Notes: a model not told the origin generated them from the letters alone. 64,000 nt of DNA from Trueperaceae bacterium (GCA_965214405.1 OZ243956.1:512001-576000), one strand, 5' to 3'; numbered from the stretch's first letter, positions 52,852-63,442 are shown. Translations and numbers: made by a program.

Positions 52852-54480
52852 ATGAACCGCGAAGAGCACCTAGAAAAACTCAAGACTCAGTCGTTCGACC
52901 TTTTGGTCATCGGCGGCGGGGCGACGGGCGCGGGCGTCGCGCTCGACGCGGCGAGTCGGGGTCTTTCGGTCGCGCTGGTTGAACGTGACGACTTTTCGGC
53001 GGGCACGAGTTCCCGCTCGACCAAGCTCATCCACGGCGGCGTACGGTACTTGGAACAGGCGGTCAAGAAGTTCGACCGGACCCAGTTCAACCTGGTGCGC
53101 GACGCGCTTAAGGAACGCGCAATTCTCCTCAAAATCGCGCCGCACCTCTCGCGCGAGCTGCCGCTAGTGACGCCTTTGTATAACTGGCTCGAGGTCCCCT
53201 ACTACATGACCGGCCTCAAACTCTACGACGCGCTGGCGGGCAAAGCCAAGCTGCAACCGAGCCGCTTTGTGGACGCTCAGGAGGCCTTGAACCGCTTTCC
53301 CATGCTCAAACCCGAGGGCTTACGCGGCGGCGTCTTATACTACGACGGCCAGTTCGACGACGCCCGCATGAACGTGTCCATCGCGCTCACCGCGGCCTCC
53401 CTGGGCGCGGCGGTGGCGAACCACGTGGAGGTCACGGCGCTGTGCAAAAATCCGGGTAAAGAGGACGGCGTGATTTCCGGCGCGGCGCTACGCGACACGC
53501 TAACGGGCGAGGGCTGGGAGGTGAGCGCCAAGGTCGTCGTCAACGCGACGGGACCCTTTACCGACGCCGTCCGGCATATGGACGACCCCGACGCGCTTCC
53601 CATGCTCAGCGCGAGTTCGGGCGCGCACATTATTCTGGATGAGCGCTTCTCCCCCCCCGCGACGGGCCTGCTCATCCCCCAAACCGAGGACGGGCGCGTG
53701 CTCTTTTTGCTCCCCTGGCTCGGTCACACGCTAATTGGCACCACCGACCACCCCGCCCCCATCACCCCCCATCCCGAGGCGACGGAAGACGATATCGACT
53801 ACATCCTCCGGCACGTCCACCGCTACTTCTCGCTCCCCGTGAGCCGCGCGGACGTCAAGGCGAGCTGGTCGGGCCTGCGCCCGCTCGTGTCCGACCCGAG
53901 CGCGTCCGATACCGCTAGGCTCTCGCGCGACCACGTGATCAACATCAGCCCCTCGAAGCTGCTGACCATCGCGGGGGGCAAGTGGACGACCTACCGCAAG
54001 ATGGCGCTCGATACGGTGGACGAGGCGGTAAAGCTGGGCGGGCTCAAGCCCCAACAGCCCTCACAAACTGAAACCTTGATGCTCGTCGGCGCAGAGGGTT
54101 ACAGCTCCGCGGGTACGGGGGCGCTGCAAGAACGTTTTGGACTCGAGCTGGACGTCGCCAGCCATCTCAACAGCGCGTACGGCGACCAGGCTTTCAGGGT
54201 GGCCGAATTAGCAAAAGACGGGTTCGGCGCGCGACTGGCCCCTCAGCATCCCTACCTAGAGGCGGAAGTCGTTTACGGCGCGCGTTTCGAGGGTGCCCGC
54301 ACGCTCACCGACGCGCTGGCGCGGCGACTGCGGCTCGGCTTTTTAGACCGCGCGGCCACCCAGAACGCCCTCCCGCGCGTGGCAAAGCTTCTTGGCGACG
54401 TGCTCGGTTGGGACGACGCGCGACGCGAAGAGGAAACGCGGAAAGCGCGGCGCTACTTTAATGACCCTGTCGCCCTGTAA
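52852..54480 (+). CDS. glpD: FAD-dependent glycerol-3-phosphate dehydrogenase
   Basis: IGGGATG, GTSSRSTKLIHGGVRYL, GGKWTTYRKMA. Confidence 0.95.
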   Translation: MNREEHLEKLKTQSFDLLVIGGGATGAGVALDAASRGLSVALVERDDFSAGTSSRSTKLIHGGVRYLEQAVKKFDRTQFNLVRDALKERAILLKIAPHLSRELPLVTPLYNWLEVPYYMTGLKLYDALAGKAKLQPSRFVDAQEALNRFPMLKPEGLRGGVLYYDGQFDDARMNVSIALTAASLGAAVANHVEVTALCKNPGKEDGVISGAALRDTLTGEGWEVSAKVVVNATGPFTDAVRHMDDPDALPMLSASSGAHIILDERFSPPATGLLIPQTEDGRVLFLLPWLGHTLIGTTDHPAPITPHPEATEDDIDYILRHVHRYFSLPVSRADVKASWSGLRPLVSDPSASDTARLSRDHVINISPSKLLTIAGGKWTTYRKMALDTVDEAVKLGGLKPQQPSQTETLMLVGAEGYSSAGTGALQERFGLELDVASHLNSAYGDQAFRVAELAKDGFGARLAPQHPYLEAEVVYGARFEGARTLTDALARRLRLGFLDRAATQNALPRVAKLLGDVLGWDDARREEETRKARRYFNDPVAL

Positions 54481-54599
54481 CATTGGCGCGATTTTGAGAT
54501 GATTTTGAGAATAGCTTACGCCGCGTTGACGCTCTCCAGAGGAGCACGTATACTGCTCATGTAAGGCTCCAATATGGAGTTTTGTAAAGCGTGTGCTAA

Positions 54600-54686
54600 G
54601 CCGGGATGGCGGAATCGGTAGACGCAACAGACTTAAAATCTGTCGGGAGAAATCCTGTGCGGGTTCAAGTCCCGCTCTCGGCACCA
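54600..54686 (+). tRNA. tRNA-Leu (anticodon UAA)
   Basis: GCCGGGA/TCTCGGC acceptor stem, ACAGA-CT-TAA-AA-TCTGT anticodon arm, long variable arm, GGTTCAAGTCCC, encoded CCA. Confidence 0.95.
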
Positions 54687-54710
54687 GTGAGGAACGCAAA
54701 TGTAGGGATT

Positions 54711-54748
54711 TGGCTAGCTTTAGAGGCTAGCCATTTTCTTCTTTTTTG
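54711..54748 (+). terminator. Intrinsic terminator after the tRNA
   Basis: TGGCTAGC/GCTAGCCA stem plus long T-rich tail. Confidence 0.75.
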
Positions 54749-54782
54749 GTCCAACAGGGGTCCAAAATTTCGTGTGGTCCAC

Positions 54783-54950
54783 TCAGTTGTAAAGAGGCTC
54801 ACCCTCGTCCTTGCGCGCCGAGAGCATAGCCTCTGACTTCGCGGCGCTCTCGCGCCCCCTGCCGGGTAGGATGTGGCTGCAGGTGTCAAGGATGATTTGG
54901 ATGCTCGAGTGCCCTAAACGTTCACTCACTCGGGATGCACCCCAGCTAAG
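54783..54950 (-). pseudogene. Tyrosine integrase C-terminal remnant
   Basis: Minus strand reads VSERLGHSSIQIILDTCSHILPG; catalytic Tyr position is Cys. Confidence 0.8.
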
Positions 54951-55055
54951 GCACGACAGCACGAGTTTAACCCGTCTCAGGCGGCTTGCGATTCGCCCCC
55001 CTCTGCTTCATGCGGGGCAGGCACGGCTAACCGGTGAGGGCGCTCGAGCGCTGCA

Positions 55056-56030
55056 TTATTTTTTCGTGACTACGCTGCCAGCGCTGCAAAAGGCGGATTC
55101 GTTATGCACCTCGTGGACGACTTTGAGTTCGACCTCATCGTTTTCGCTCGCCTGCGGACGAAATTCATCGTCTACACGCCACTCGAACGGCTTAGCGTCG
55201 GGAAAAGCCTCCTGGTGTTTGCGGAGTGCCACGGGCAACAGGCGCATACGGCGGTCTATCCAACGGCGGTCCCAGGGACCTTCTTCCACGATCTCTTCGG
55301 CGGCGCGGAATTCGTAGTAGAGGGTGCGCCGCAGGGCCTTACCCTGAGCGGCGGGCGAGCCGTGCGCCACCATCACGTCGTGCAAGAGCACGTCGCCCGG
55401 CTCCATCTCGACCACCCTTGCGCCCGGCACTTTCCAGCCGTAGCCGCGCTCGAGCTCACAAAAGTCTTGCCGCGCCCGCTGGCTCTTGGGCACAACAAAG
55501 AGCGCGCCCGCCCCCTCTTTTGACGAATCCAAATAGACGTCTAGGTTAAAGATGCGGTAGTTGCGCGGGTGGATGGCGTCTTGATGCCAGACGACTTCTT
55601 TGCCGTCGCCCTCTTGCTTAAAGACCATCGATTCGTAGGTCGGCACAAAGTTGGGGCCGCAGAGGCTTTCGGCGACGGCCAGCACTTGCGGCGAACCGAG
55701 GAGTTCTAAAGACGCCGCTTGCCCTTTGTTGTGCAGGTAGTTCACGCGCCACATGACGGTACCCGCCTCGCGCTCGGCAAAAAGCCAGTCGTCCCAGCTC
55801 GACGGCTCGGCGCTTCCGCGGTGTTGACGTCTCTCCCACCCGCGCTCGATCCAGACCCTCGCGGCTTCTTGCAACCGCGCGACGAGCGGCTGAGGGATGA
55901 GGTTACGCAAGATGAGATAACCGTGCTCGTCGAAAAACCTGATTTGCTCGTCGCTTAGGTGGTGCGGTGAAAGCTGACCTACGTGAGGAGTGTGGACGGG
56001 CTTCATCGGGGCGGTTTGCAGGGCGATCAT
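55056..56030 (-). CDS. PhyH-family Fe(II)/2-oxoglutarate dioxygenase
   Basis: FFDEHGYLIL, VVWHQD, PGDVLLH..VAHGS, RRT. Confidence 0.88.
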   Translation of the reverse strand: MIALQTAPMKPVHTPHVGQLSPHHLSDEQIRFFDEHGYLILRNLIPQPLVARLQEAARVWIERGWERRQHRGSAEPSSWDDWLFAEREAGTVMWRVNYLHNKGQAASLELLGSPQVLAVAESLCGPNFVPTYESMVFKQEGDGKEVVWHQDAIHPRNYRIFNLDVYLDSSKEGAGALFVVPKSQRARQDFCELERGYGWKVPGARVVEMEPGDVLLHDVMVAHGSPAAQGKALRRTLYYEFRAAEEIVEEGPWDRRWIDRRMRLLPVALRKHQEAFPDAKPFEWRVDDEFRPQASENDEVELKVVHEVHNESAFCSAGSVVTKK

Positions 56031-56063
56031 ACGAGACTCCTTTCGCTGCTTGCTACTGATGAC

Positions 56064-56918
56064 TTAGTCGTCATTATGGAGCACCGAGAGGGGGTCTTTC
56101 AATAGAGAGAGGTAGCTCCTTTTTGTATTTTTTACGCGCTCGCGGTAGTCGCCCGGCGTCTGCTGATAGCGCGCTTTAAAGGTGCGGCTCAGGTAAGCCG
56201 CGTCATAAAAGCCGCTGGCTTCGGCAATCGCTGCCAAGGTGTCGTCGGTCGTTTCTAAAAGCTGCCGCGCTACGTGCAGCCGCAGCTCACGTAGCATCTG
56301 CACCGGGGTAAGCCCGTAGACGTCACGAAAAACCCGGTCGAAGTGCGTGGGGTGCAGGTGTGCTTGTTCAGCGAGGTCATCGCGGCGGATGGGTTCGGCG
56401 AGATGGTTGCGCATATAGGCAACCACGCGCTCAAAGCGGTCGGCGGGTTCCGGGAGGGGGCCTGGTGCCGCACCCCGGGGCACGCCAAAAAGGTGGGTGA
56501 CGAGCTCGAGCGCACAGCTCATCACCCGGACCGCTTGCAGGGGCGAGGCGTCGGCCTCCCACCTTCTTTTGAGCACGTCAAAGAGGCGTTCGAATTCCGC
56601 GGGGGTCTCTAGGCTCAACACGCGCGGCAGCGGGTCGCGCCTGAGAAGCTCCAGACCCGAGCCGTCCTTTACGTCCAGAAGGAGCCACTGGTGCTCTCCC
56701 GGCCCGCTCGAGCGCTCGCTAAAAAACTCTCTCGGCGGATGCACCATCACGTCGCCGGTCTTTGCCACGTGCCGCCCCTCGGACGTGTGGACCGTAACGC
56801 GCCCTCTCTGCACGTAAGAGATAACCCAGCAGGCGAGGCGGCGCTGGGGCAGCTCGAGCCTTTCGTACGACGTCTCTTCAACGGCGTAGAGCCAGAGCCG
56901 GAGGTGCTCGTGAATCAA
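56064..56918 (-). CDS. AraC-family transcriptional regulator
   Basis: Cupin N-terminus; LAEQAHLHPTHFDRVF, IAEASGFYDAAYLSRTFK...TPGDYR. Confidence 0.9.
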   Translation of the reverse strand: MIHEHLRLWLYAVEETSYERLELPQRRLACWVISYVQRGRVTVHTSEGRHVAKTGDVMVHPPREFFSERSSGPGEHQWLLLDVKDGSGLELLRRDPLPRVLSLETPAEFERLFDVLKRRWEADASPLQAVRVMSCALELVTHLFGVPRGAAPGPLPEPADRFERVVAYMRNHLAEPIRRDDLAEQAHLHPTHFDRVFRDVYGLTPVQMLRELRLHVARQLLETTDDTLAAIAEASGFYDAAYLSRTFKARYQQTPGDYRERVKNTKRSYLSLLKDPLSVLHNDD

Positions 56919-56957
56919 GGCGAGAGGCCCACCACACGTCCACGCCTACCCACCTCT

Positions 56958-58949
56958 TTAAGCATCGCTCGATAGCACCAGCACACCCTTGGGCGGCAGC
57001 GTCACGTCGCCGTTCAAGGGTGTGTCGGAGAGTAGGTCGTGACCTTGCACGTTCAGCCGCCTTTCCTGGTCTGAATGGTTGAGGATGAAACGCAACCGCG
57101 CGTCACCCTGGACGCGCTCAGTGATCTCGAGCCCCTCTTGTTCCTCCGAAAGTGTCGAAACACTTGCGAGCTCCAAAAGCCAAGGCGCGAGCGTGTCGTA
57201 AAGCGCGCGGTTGCCCGCCGTGCCCACATACACCGCCCCACCGTCGCCTACCCGGTGAAGCGTCACCGCCGCTTCGCCCGCATAGTAGTTCGCGGTGTAA
57301 CGCGCGACGACTTCGGCACCTTGGGGCGTCATGACGTCGCACCAGACGTTGGCTTGCGCCTCGCCGACGGGTGTGACGGTAGTGAACTCGAGCCCCTGCT
57401 CCTCGCCCCCCGGCAGCGAATCGTAGTCCTCGATGGTGATACCGCAGAGCTCCGCAAGTAAGCCAGGTAAAGGCATGTCGACAACCGCGTTGGCTTCGTC
57501 CTTGACCCCGCTCCGCAGGGTTGTAAGAAGCGTCCCGCCCGCCTCAACAAAGGTTCTGAGACTGTCGGCCAACCTCTCAGGTAAAACGTAGAGCGCGGGC
57601 GCGATGACGAGTCTGTAGCGCGACAAATCCGCGTCCGGCGGCACGATGTCGACGGAGACGTTCAGGCGGTGGAAGGCTTCGTAAATCGTGGCGAAGTGGG
57701 CCGGGTAACTAAAGTCCGGATTATTGGCTTGAACCTGAAAGGCGAAGCGCGTGTTGTAATCGAGGAGCATGGCGACCTCGGCCTCAACTTTGGAGCCCGA
57801 AATCTCAGCGCCCATACGCTTTAGCTCGAGCCCCATCCCCTTAAGCTCCTCAAAGCGCCGCCCCTTCGTCCCGTCATGGTTCAAAAGCCCGTGCCAGTAT
57901 TCCTCAGCACCAAAACGCGCGGTGCGCCAGCGAAAGAAGATCATCCCGTCCGCGCCGTGGGCGATGGCCTGATACGCCCATAACCTCAGTTCGCCGGGGC
58001 GCGGCGTCACGCTCACGATGTCCCAGCCGCCCGGCCCCGACTGCTGCTCCATCATCCAGAAGTTTTTGTCTTTAAGACCGCGCATGGTGGCGTGACCTAG
58101 CGCGAGGGCGCTCTCGTTAACCTGCGCTTTCATGTCCCAGAAGCCGCGCGGGTAGTTGTCCCACGTGACAAGGTCCAAATCTCTGGCGAGGTCGAAATAG
58201 TCGAGCTGGCTGTAGCCAAAACCCATAAAGTTATGCGTGACGAAGTCTTCCGGACACCTCTCGCGGAGGATGTCGAGCTGGAGCTTCTGATAGTTCACAT
58301 ACACATCTGAGGCGAAGCGTTTGAACTCGAGCGCCAGACCGGGGTTGTGCGACGGCGCGGTGCTTAGAGGGACGGGTATCTCGGACCAGTCGTTATAAAC
58401 GTGACTCCAGAAGACGGTGCCCCACGCCTCGTTGAGCGCGTCCAGCGTTCCGTACTTGTCATGCAGCCAGTCCTGAAAGCGCTCACGGCAAATCTCGCAG
58501 TAGCAGCGGTCGCCGAACTCGTTGTCGATCTGCCAGCCGATGACGCTCTGATGGTCTCTATAATGTTCAGCCATTGCCGTCACAACCGCCTTGGTGTGTT
58601 CATGATAAAGCGGGTGGCTCGGGCAATACTCGCGGCGGTGGCCGTAAGGCAGGCGCACGCCGTCCTCGCGCACTAAGAAGAGCGTGTCATCTTTGTTCAT
58701 GAGCCAAGGTGGGGCGGAGGCGGTGGGGGTGCCCAGGATGATGCGGATGTCACGTTCGGCAAGCGTAGCAATCGCGCGGTCTAACCAGGCGAAGTCGAAG
58801 CAGTCCTCGGTGGGCTCGAGCCTAGACCACGCGAACTCGGCCAAGCGCACCGTGTTAACGCCTATCTCTTGCATAAGCCGCGCGTCTTCGCCCCAACGCT
58901 CCTCCGGCCAGTGTTCGGGATAATAGTCCACGCCGAAAGGGAAACTCAC
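56958..58949 (-). CDS. GH42 beta-galactosidase
   Basis: GVDYYPEHW, AEFAWSRLEP, WQIDNEF, WMMEQQSG, FFRWR, EEYWHG. Confidence 0.93.
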   Translation of the reverse strand: MSFPFGVDYYPEHWPEERWGEDARLMQEIGVNTVRLAEFAWSRLEPTEDCFDFAWLDRAIATLAERDIRIILGTPTASAPPWLMNKDDTLFLVREDGVRLPYGHRREYCPSHPLYHEHTKAVVTAMAEHYRDHQSVIGWQIDNEFGDRCYCEICRERFQDWLHDKYGTLDALNEAWGTVFWSHVYNDWSEIPVPLSTAPSHNPGLALEFKRFASDVYVNYQKLQLDILRERCPEDFVTHNFMGFGYSQLDYFDLARDLDLVTWDNYPRGFWDMKAQVNESALALGHATMRGLKDKNFWMMEQQSGPGGWDIVSVTPRPGELRLWAYQAIAHGADGMIFFRWRTARFGAEEYWHGLLNHDGTKGRRFEELKGMGLELKRMGAEISGSKVEAEVAMLLDYNTRFAFQVQANNPDFSYPAHFATIYEAFHRLNVSVDIVPPDADLSRYRLVIAPALYVLPERLADSLRTFVEAGGTLLTTLRSGVKDEANAVVDMPLPGLLAELCGITIEDYDSLPGGEEQGLEFTTVTPVGEAQANVWCDVMTPQGAEVVARYTANYYAGEAAVTLHRVGDGGAVYVGTAGNRALYDTLAPWLLELASVSTLSEEQEGLEITERVQGDARLRFILNHSDQERRLNVQGHDLLSDTPLNGDVTLPPKGVLVLSSDA

Positions 58950-59869
58950 AGCATGTCCTCCAACGTCCAGTGGTTGTTCCAGCGCGCGTCGATTTCGTCG
59001 CGGACGTTCTGGTAGCGGATGTCGGTCGAGAGCCTGATGCGCCCTTGACTATCGGCGTTGTCGAGCGAGGCGTGAATCATGTAGGCGCTATGCACCACCA
59101 TGTCGCCCGCCTCGAAGTCGGCGGCGAGCCAGCGCGCGTTAAACTTGTCGGCCATCGCGGGCAAGTCCTTGCCGACCCAGCCGCCCTCAGCCATATTTTT
59201 GTTGTACACGCTGATGCGCTCTTCGGGTGACAGCGTAGCGTTCTGCCGCGCGAATTCGGCTTCCATCTCGCGGCCCAATCTGTCCGAGCCCTCGAGATAA
59301 ACGAGCCCGCCCATCTCTAAGGGAGTGTCGCCCAGAGGAATCCAGCTAGACACGACGCTGGCAGTGCCGCCACGCAGATAGATAAGGTCGTAGTGCGCGG
59401 GCGTGGCCCAGGCACTCCCAGGCGTCAGGTAGCGGATGATTTTGCGCTTGTGCAGGTACGAGGGGCCATCCAAAAAGGTGTCGTAAAACCCCCACAAGCT
59501 AGGCTGCAAACAAAACGACTCGTAAGCGGCGGTGCGGGCTTGCTCCATCAAAATTTTGTTTGTCCGCCGCTTGTCCTCGGGCTCACCCGAATAGATACCG
59601 TCCGCCGGGTCGGTGCCTGGTTTCAACAGTCCCGCATTCTGAAACGCCGTAAAGAAGCGGCGGCGGAAGGCGAGAACCTCGTCACGTGGGAAAAAGCCTT
59701 TGAGCCACAGGTAACCTTGAGCGCGGTACTGCTCTCTCAAGAGGTCCAGGGGCGACGTCGGGTCGCTCGGTGCCAAAGCGCCGAGACGCTCCGGCGGGAG
59801 GGTGTAGCCGTTGCTGGTTAGGGGGTGCTCGAGTCGGGATTCTTGTTCGGTCATAGTGGCTTGGCTCAT
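58946..59869 (-). CDS. PhyH-family Fe(II)/2-oxoglutarate dioxygenase
   Basis: TPAHYDLIYLRGG, WIPLGD, GDMVVH..MIHAS, RLSTDIRY. Confidence 0.88.
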   Translation of the reverse strand: MSQATMTEQESRLEHPLTSNGYTLPPERLGALAPSDPTSPLDLLREQYRAQGYLWLKGFFPRDEVLAFRRRFFTAFQNAGLLKPGTDPADGIYSGEPEDKRRTNKILMEQARTAAYESFCLQPSLWGFYDTFLDGPSYLHKRKIIRYLTPGSAWATPAHYDLIYLRGGTASVVSSWIPLGDTPLEMGGLVYLEGSDRLGREMEAEFARQNATLSPEERISVYNKNMAEGGWVGKDLPAMADKFNARWLAADFEAGDMVVHSAYMIHASLDNADSQGRIRLSTDIRYQNVRDEIDARWNNHWTLEDML

Positions 59870-59879
59870 AGTTTGGTTG

Positions 59880-61541
59880 TCACCTCGAGAATTCGTTTGC
59901 GCCAATGTCGAACGCCGCGCCCTGCGGAACGGCGTTGCCGTAAAAGTCGTGGAGGCCGACCTCTAAACCTGCTGCCGTCAAGTCGAACCCGGCGTCGATG
60001 AGGGGTGAAGCGCCCGTCAGCCTGAAATCGTCTGCCGCCTCGCCATCGGGGTTGACGAGCAAGGGGTCGGTCTCGAGGCCCGTCTCCACACCATCCTGCA
60101 CTTCTTGCCCGGTCGCCGCTTGCCAGGCTACCAGTGAGGGGTAAGAATCATTTGTGTCGATAATCTTGAATGCGCCCGTCGCGTGGTAGGCGTTACCCGC
60201 AAAAGTAAGCTCATTTCCCCCTGGCAGGTTTACCATCTCCGCGTCGCCTTGCGTGAAAAAAATGTTGTTGTAGACGCCGACGTTCCGGATGCCGTCGCCC
60301 CAGTCGAAAATCTTGAACGCGGCGGGCGTGTCCCCCTCGGCGGGACCGATAACCACGGTGTTGCCGTAAACATACGCGTCGCTAAACACCGTGTCGTCGG
60401 GAGCCTTGAACAGCTCGATACCGGCGTAGCCATTTTTGCGGCCGTCATTCACGCTCAGGTTGTAGCGGATGACGTTGTTGCGTAGGGGCCTCGAGCCCCC
60501 GAACTGACCCATGAGGTAACCCGCGCCGTCGTTGCCGTGCGCGTAGTTGTACTGCACCACCGAGTTCGTCACGCCGCCGTCCAAATCAAAGCCGCCCCCG
60601 TCTTTGCTGCTGCCCGTTTTGTTGTTGTAAGACTCGTTAAACTGAATCGTCACGTCGTTCGAGTCCCAAGCCCAAATGCCGACGGGTCCACCATCCTCGA
60701 AATCGTTGCGCTCACCGTTGTTGTACGCCTTGCTGTACTCGATGACCGCCCCGTTCACGCTGCCCAGCACGACGCCGTTCCCGGTGTTGTTGCCCTTGCC
60801 CACCTTGCCGACGTTGTTGTAGACCTCGACCATACCGATGTAGACGTCCTCGTGCGCGTAATCGCTCGAGTCCGAGTTCGCTTCCCAATAGCCGTAGCTC
60901 TGGACGCCGCTGTCGCCGTTGTCATGAAAGCGGCTGTTGGTCACGCGCACGTCCTTGAAACCGCGCCCATAGGTCTCGTTGTTGTAGCCGCCCATGACCA
61001 GACCGCCCTCCAAAAAGCCCGACACGTCCACGTCGTCAATATAAATGTGCTTGAGTCGCCCGTCGCCGGGCAAGTCGGTGTAGAGGCTCACGCCCGTGCC
61101 CGTGTTCGTTTCGACCCCCGAGCCTATGACGTCGAGGCTTTTTAGCTCGAGCCCCGCCACGTTGTAAACGTCAATGCCCGTCCCGTCGCCAGCGTCTAGC
61201 GTCGCGCGCCCTACGCCGTAAGAACTTACGATGATGGGCGCGTCCGCCGTACCGCCGTCCGCCGCATCAAATTTGAGCGTGCCGTTAAAGGTTTGCCTGC
61301 CTTCGAAGAGTATGTGGTAGCCCGCCGGGACGTCGGTGTCGCTGACTTTCTCGAGCGTCCGCCACGCCTGTTCGGGTGAGGTGCCCGCGTTCGCGTCACT
61401 CCCCGCGGGGCTGAGGTAGTAGGTGTTGGCTTCGACGGGGCCATCGCCGCCCGTCGCGTCTTGATGGGTCCACGCCACGAGCAGCACCGCGCCGAGCAGG
61501 CTGGCCCAAATTAGACGCAGAGTGCGAGTTGTCGTCGTCAT
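59880..61541 (-). CDS. Secreted right-handed parallel beta-helix protein
   Basis: Signal peptide; YYLSPAGSDANAGTSPEQAWRTL; Asn/Gly repeats; DGGGFDLD; SPLIDAG, DIGANE. Confidence 0.85.
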   Translation of the reverse strand: MTTTTRTLRLIWASLLGAVLLVAWTHQDATGGDGPVEANTYYLSPAGSDANAGTSPEQAWRTLEKVSDTDVPAGYHILFEGRQTFNGTLKFDAADGGTADAPIIVSSYGVGRATLDAGDGTGIDVYNVAGLELKSLDVIGSGVETNTGTGVSLYTDLPGDGRLKHIYIDDVDVSGFLEGGLVMGGYNNETYGRGFKDVRVTNSRFHDNGDSGVQSYGYWEANSDSSDYAHEDVYIGMVEVYNNVGKVGKGNNTGNGVVLGSVNGAVIEYSKAYNNGERNDFEDGGPVGIWAWDSNDVTIQFNESYNNKTGSSKDGGGFDLDGGVTNSVVQYNYAHGNDGAGYLMGQFGGSRPLRNNVIRYNLSVNDGRKNGYAGIELFKAPDDTVFSDAYVYGNTVVIGPAEGDTPAAFKIFDWGDGIRNVGVYNNIFFTQGDAEMVNLPGGNELTFAGNAYHATGAFKIIDTNDSYPSLVAWQAATGQEVQDGVETGLETDPLLVNPDGEAADDFRLTGASPLIDAGFDLTAAGLEVGLHDFYGNAVPQGAAFDIGANEFSR

Positions 61542-61619
61542 TTTTCCTCCGGTGGGAGAACACGCCGCCTTGACGCTATTCGGGGCTCGAGCCACGACTT
61601 TTGATCCCTTTTTGATCCC

Positions 61620-62489
61620 TCAGTCGAGCGCCCCCGCCGTCACGCCCTCGATAAAGCGGCGCTGAAAGGCGAGGAAGATAATCAGCAGCGGAATGATACT
61701 GATAATCGACGCCGCCATCTGCACGTTGTAAACGGTGCGCCCGACAGGGCCAATCAAGGAGCGGATAAGCAGCGGCAGGGTGAAATTTTCGGGCGACTTA
61801 AGAATCACCAGCGGCCACAAAAAGTCGTTCCAGGCGCCCATAAAGAAGATGAGCCCCAGAGAAATGAGCCCCGGCGAGACCACCGGCACGATGATACGCC
61901 AATAGATGCCGAACTCCGACGCGCCGTCGATGCGCGCCGCGTCCAAAAGCTCGTTAGGAATCGTCGAGATAAACTGGCGCATAAAAAAGATGCCAAAGGC
62001 GTTGGCCGCGCCCGGAATGATGAGCGGCCAAAAGGTGTCGATCCACGTTAAATCGCGCATGATGAGGTAAAGAGGCACCATCGTCACGACAAAGGGAATC
62101 ATCAGGGTGGCGAGCAAAAAGATGAACAGCCCCGAGCGCCCCGGAAAGCTGTATTTGGCGAAGCCGTAGCCGCCCAGCGAGCAGAAGAAAAGGCTGAGAA
62201 AAGTAAAACTCGTCGAGATGACGAGCGAGTTCCAGAGGATGCGAAAAATGTTGTACTCGGTCACCAGGTAGCGGTACGAATCCAGATTGAAGTTTCTGGA
62301 GATGATGATGGGCGGGAAGCCGAAAATCTCGTCGGCGGGCTTGAGCGAGGTCGAGAGCATCCAGACGAAGGGCAGCAGCATAAAGGCGGCCACGAGGACG
62401 AGGAAGCTGTAGAGCAGGACGTTCTCGAGCCGCCGCCTGGCGCGCACGCCGGACGACGGTGCGGGTCTCGTTCCAACGGTTGTTGCCAC
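61620..62489 (-). CDS. Carbohydrate ABC transporter permease (MalG-like)
   Basis: ELLDAARIDGAS, WNDFLWPL. Confidence 0.93.
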   Translation of the reverse strand: MATTVGTRPAPSSGVRARRRLENVLLYSFLVLVAAFMLLPFVWMLSTSLKPADEIFGFPPIIISRNFNLDSYRYLVTEYNIFRILWNSLVISTSFTFLSLFFCSLGGYGFAKYSFPGRSGLFIFLLATLMIPFVVTMVPLYLIMRDLTWIDTFWPLIIPGAANAFGIFFMRQFISTIPNELLDAARIDGASEFGIYWRIIVPVVSPGLISLGLIFFMGAWNDFLWPLVILKSPENFTLPLLIRSLIGPVGRTVYNVQMAASIISIIPLLIIFLAFQRRFIEGVTAGALD

Positions 62490-62498
62490 GGTATCCCC

Positions 62499-63431
62499 CT
62501 AAGTCCTGGCGCGCCCGACAAAGCGCAGTTGCAAGAGCGACAGCACGATGATGACGACAAAGTAAACGTACGACATCGCCGAGGCGTAGCCGAAGCGAAA
62601 GTTACCGAAGGCCTGGCCGAAAATGTCCAAGATGGGCGTGATGGTCGCGTTCATCGGTCCTCCGCCGGTAAGAATATAGACTTCGGTAAACAGGTTGAAC
62701 GAGCCCATCGTCGATAAAATGACGATGAAGAGAATCACGGGGCGCATCATCGGGGTGGTGATGTAAAAAAAAGACTGCACCGCGTTGGCGCCGTCTACTT
62801 TGGCGGCGTCCAGAACCTCTTTGGGAATGGTTTGCAAGCCTGCCAGCATGATGACCATGTTGTAACCCAGGTAGTGCCAAAGAATAAGCAGCGTCAGCGC
62901 GACGCGCGCGCCCCAGATGGACTCCAACCACGGCACCGCCGGGAAACCCACCACGCCGAGCATGATGTTGACGAGGCCGTTTTGTTGCTCGAGCAATAAG
63001 CGAAACGCAAAACCCGCCGCGACCATGTTGGTGATGTAGGGGATAAAGATGATGGTCCTAAAAATCCCAAAGCCGCGCACGCGCGGCGAGTTGAGCACCA
63101 CCGCCAAGACGAGCGAAAAGAGCACCATCGGCGGCACCGATAAAAGAAAGATGATGACGCCGTTTAACATCGACTGCCAGAAGACCGCGTCGCTCCAGAG
63201 CCGCACGTAGTTGTCGAAGCCGACAAAGGTGATGGGGCCAAAGCCCTTCCACTCGGTGAAACTCAGGTAGACGGAAAAAAGGAACGGGTACACGCCGAAC
63301 ACGGCGAACGCGAGGAAAAAGGGCGCGATGAAGAGGTAGGCCCAGCGCGCCCGGAAGATTTGCCGCCGCAATGAGTCGCGCTTGGGGGCCGTGCGCGTTG
63401 TGGCGCGTGGTGTAGCCTTAGAGTCAATCAT
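62499..63431 (-). CDS. Carbohydrate ABC transporter permease (MalF-like)
   Basis: FVGFDNY, LAGLQTIP..VLDAAKVDGA, FGYASA. Confidence 0.93.
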   Translation of the reverse strand: MIDSKATPRATTRTAPKRDSLRRQIFRARWAYLFIAPFFLAFAVFGVYPFLFSVYLSFTEWKGFGPITFVGFDNYVRLWSDAVFWQSMLNGVIIFLLSVPPMVLFSLVLAVVLNSPRVRGFGIFRTIIFIPYITNMVAAGFAFRLLLEQQNGLVNIMLGVVGFPAVPWLESIWGARVALTLLILWHYLGYNMVIMLAGLQTIPKEVLDAAKVDGANAVQSFFYITTPMMRPVILFIVILSTMGSFNLFTEVYILTGGGPMNATITPILDIFGQAFGNFRFGYASAMSYVYFVVIIVLSLLQLRFVGRART

Positions 63432-63442
63432 CAGGAGACCTC

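Noticed and set aside
54600..54686. bldA-like regulatory role for tRNA-Leu(UAA)
   Set aside because: TTA codons are used freely in housekeeping genes here.
54343..55317. ORFs overlapping the tRNA and integrase remnant
   Set aside because: Spurious frames across tRNA-Leu and decayed DNA.
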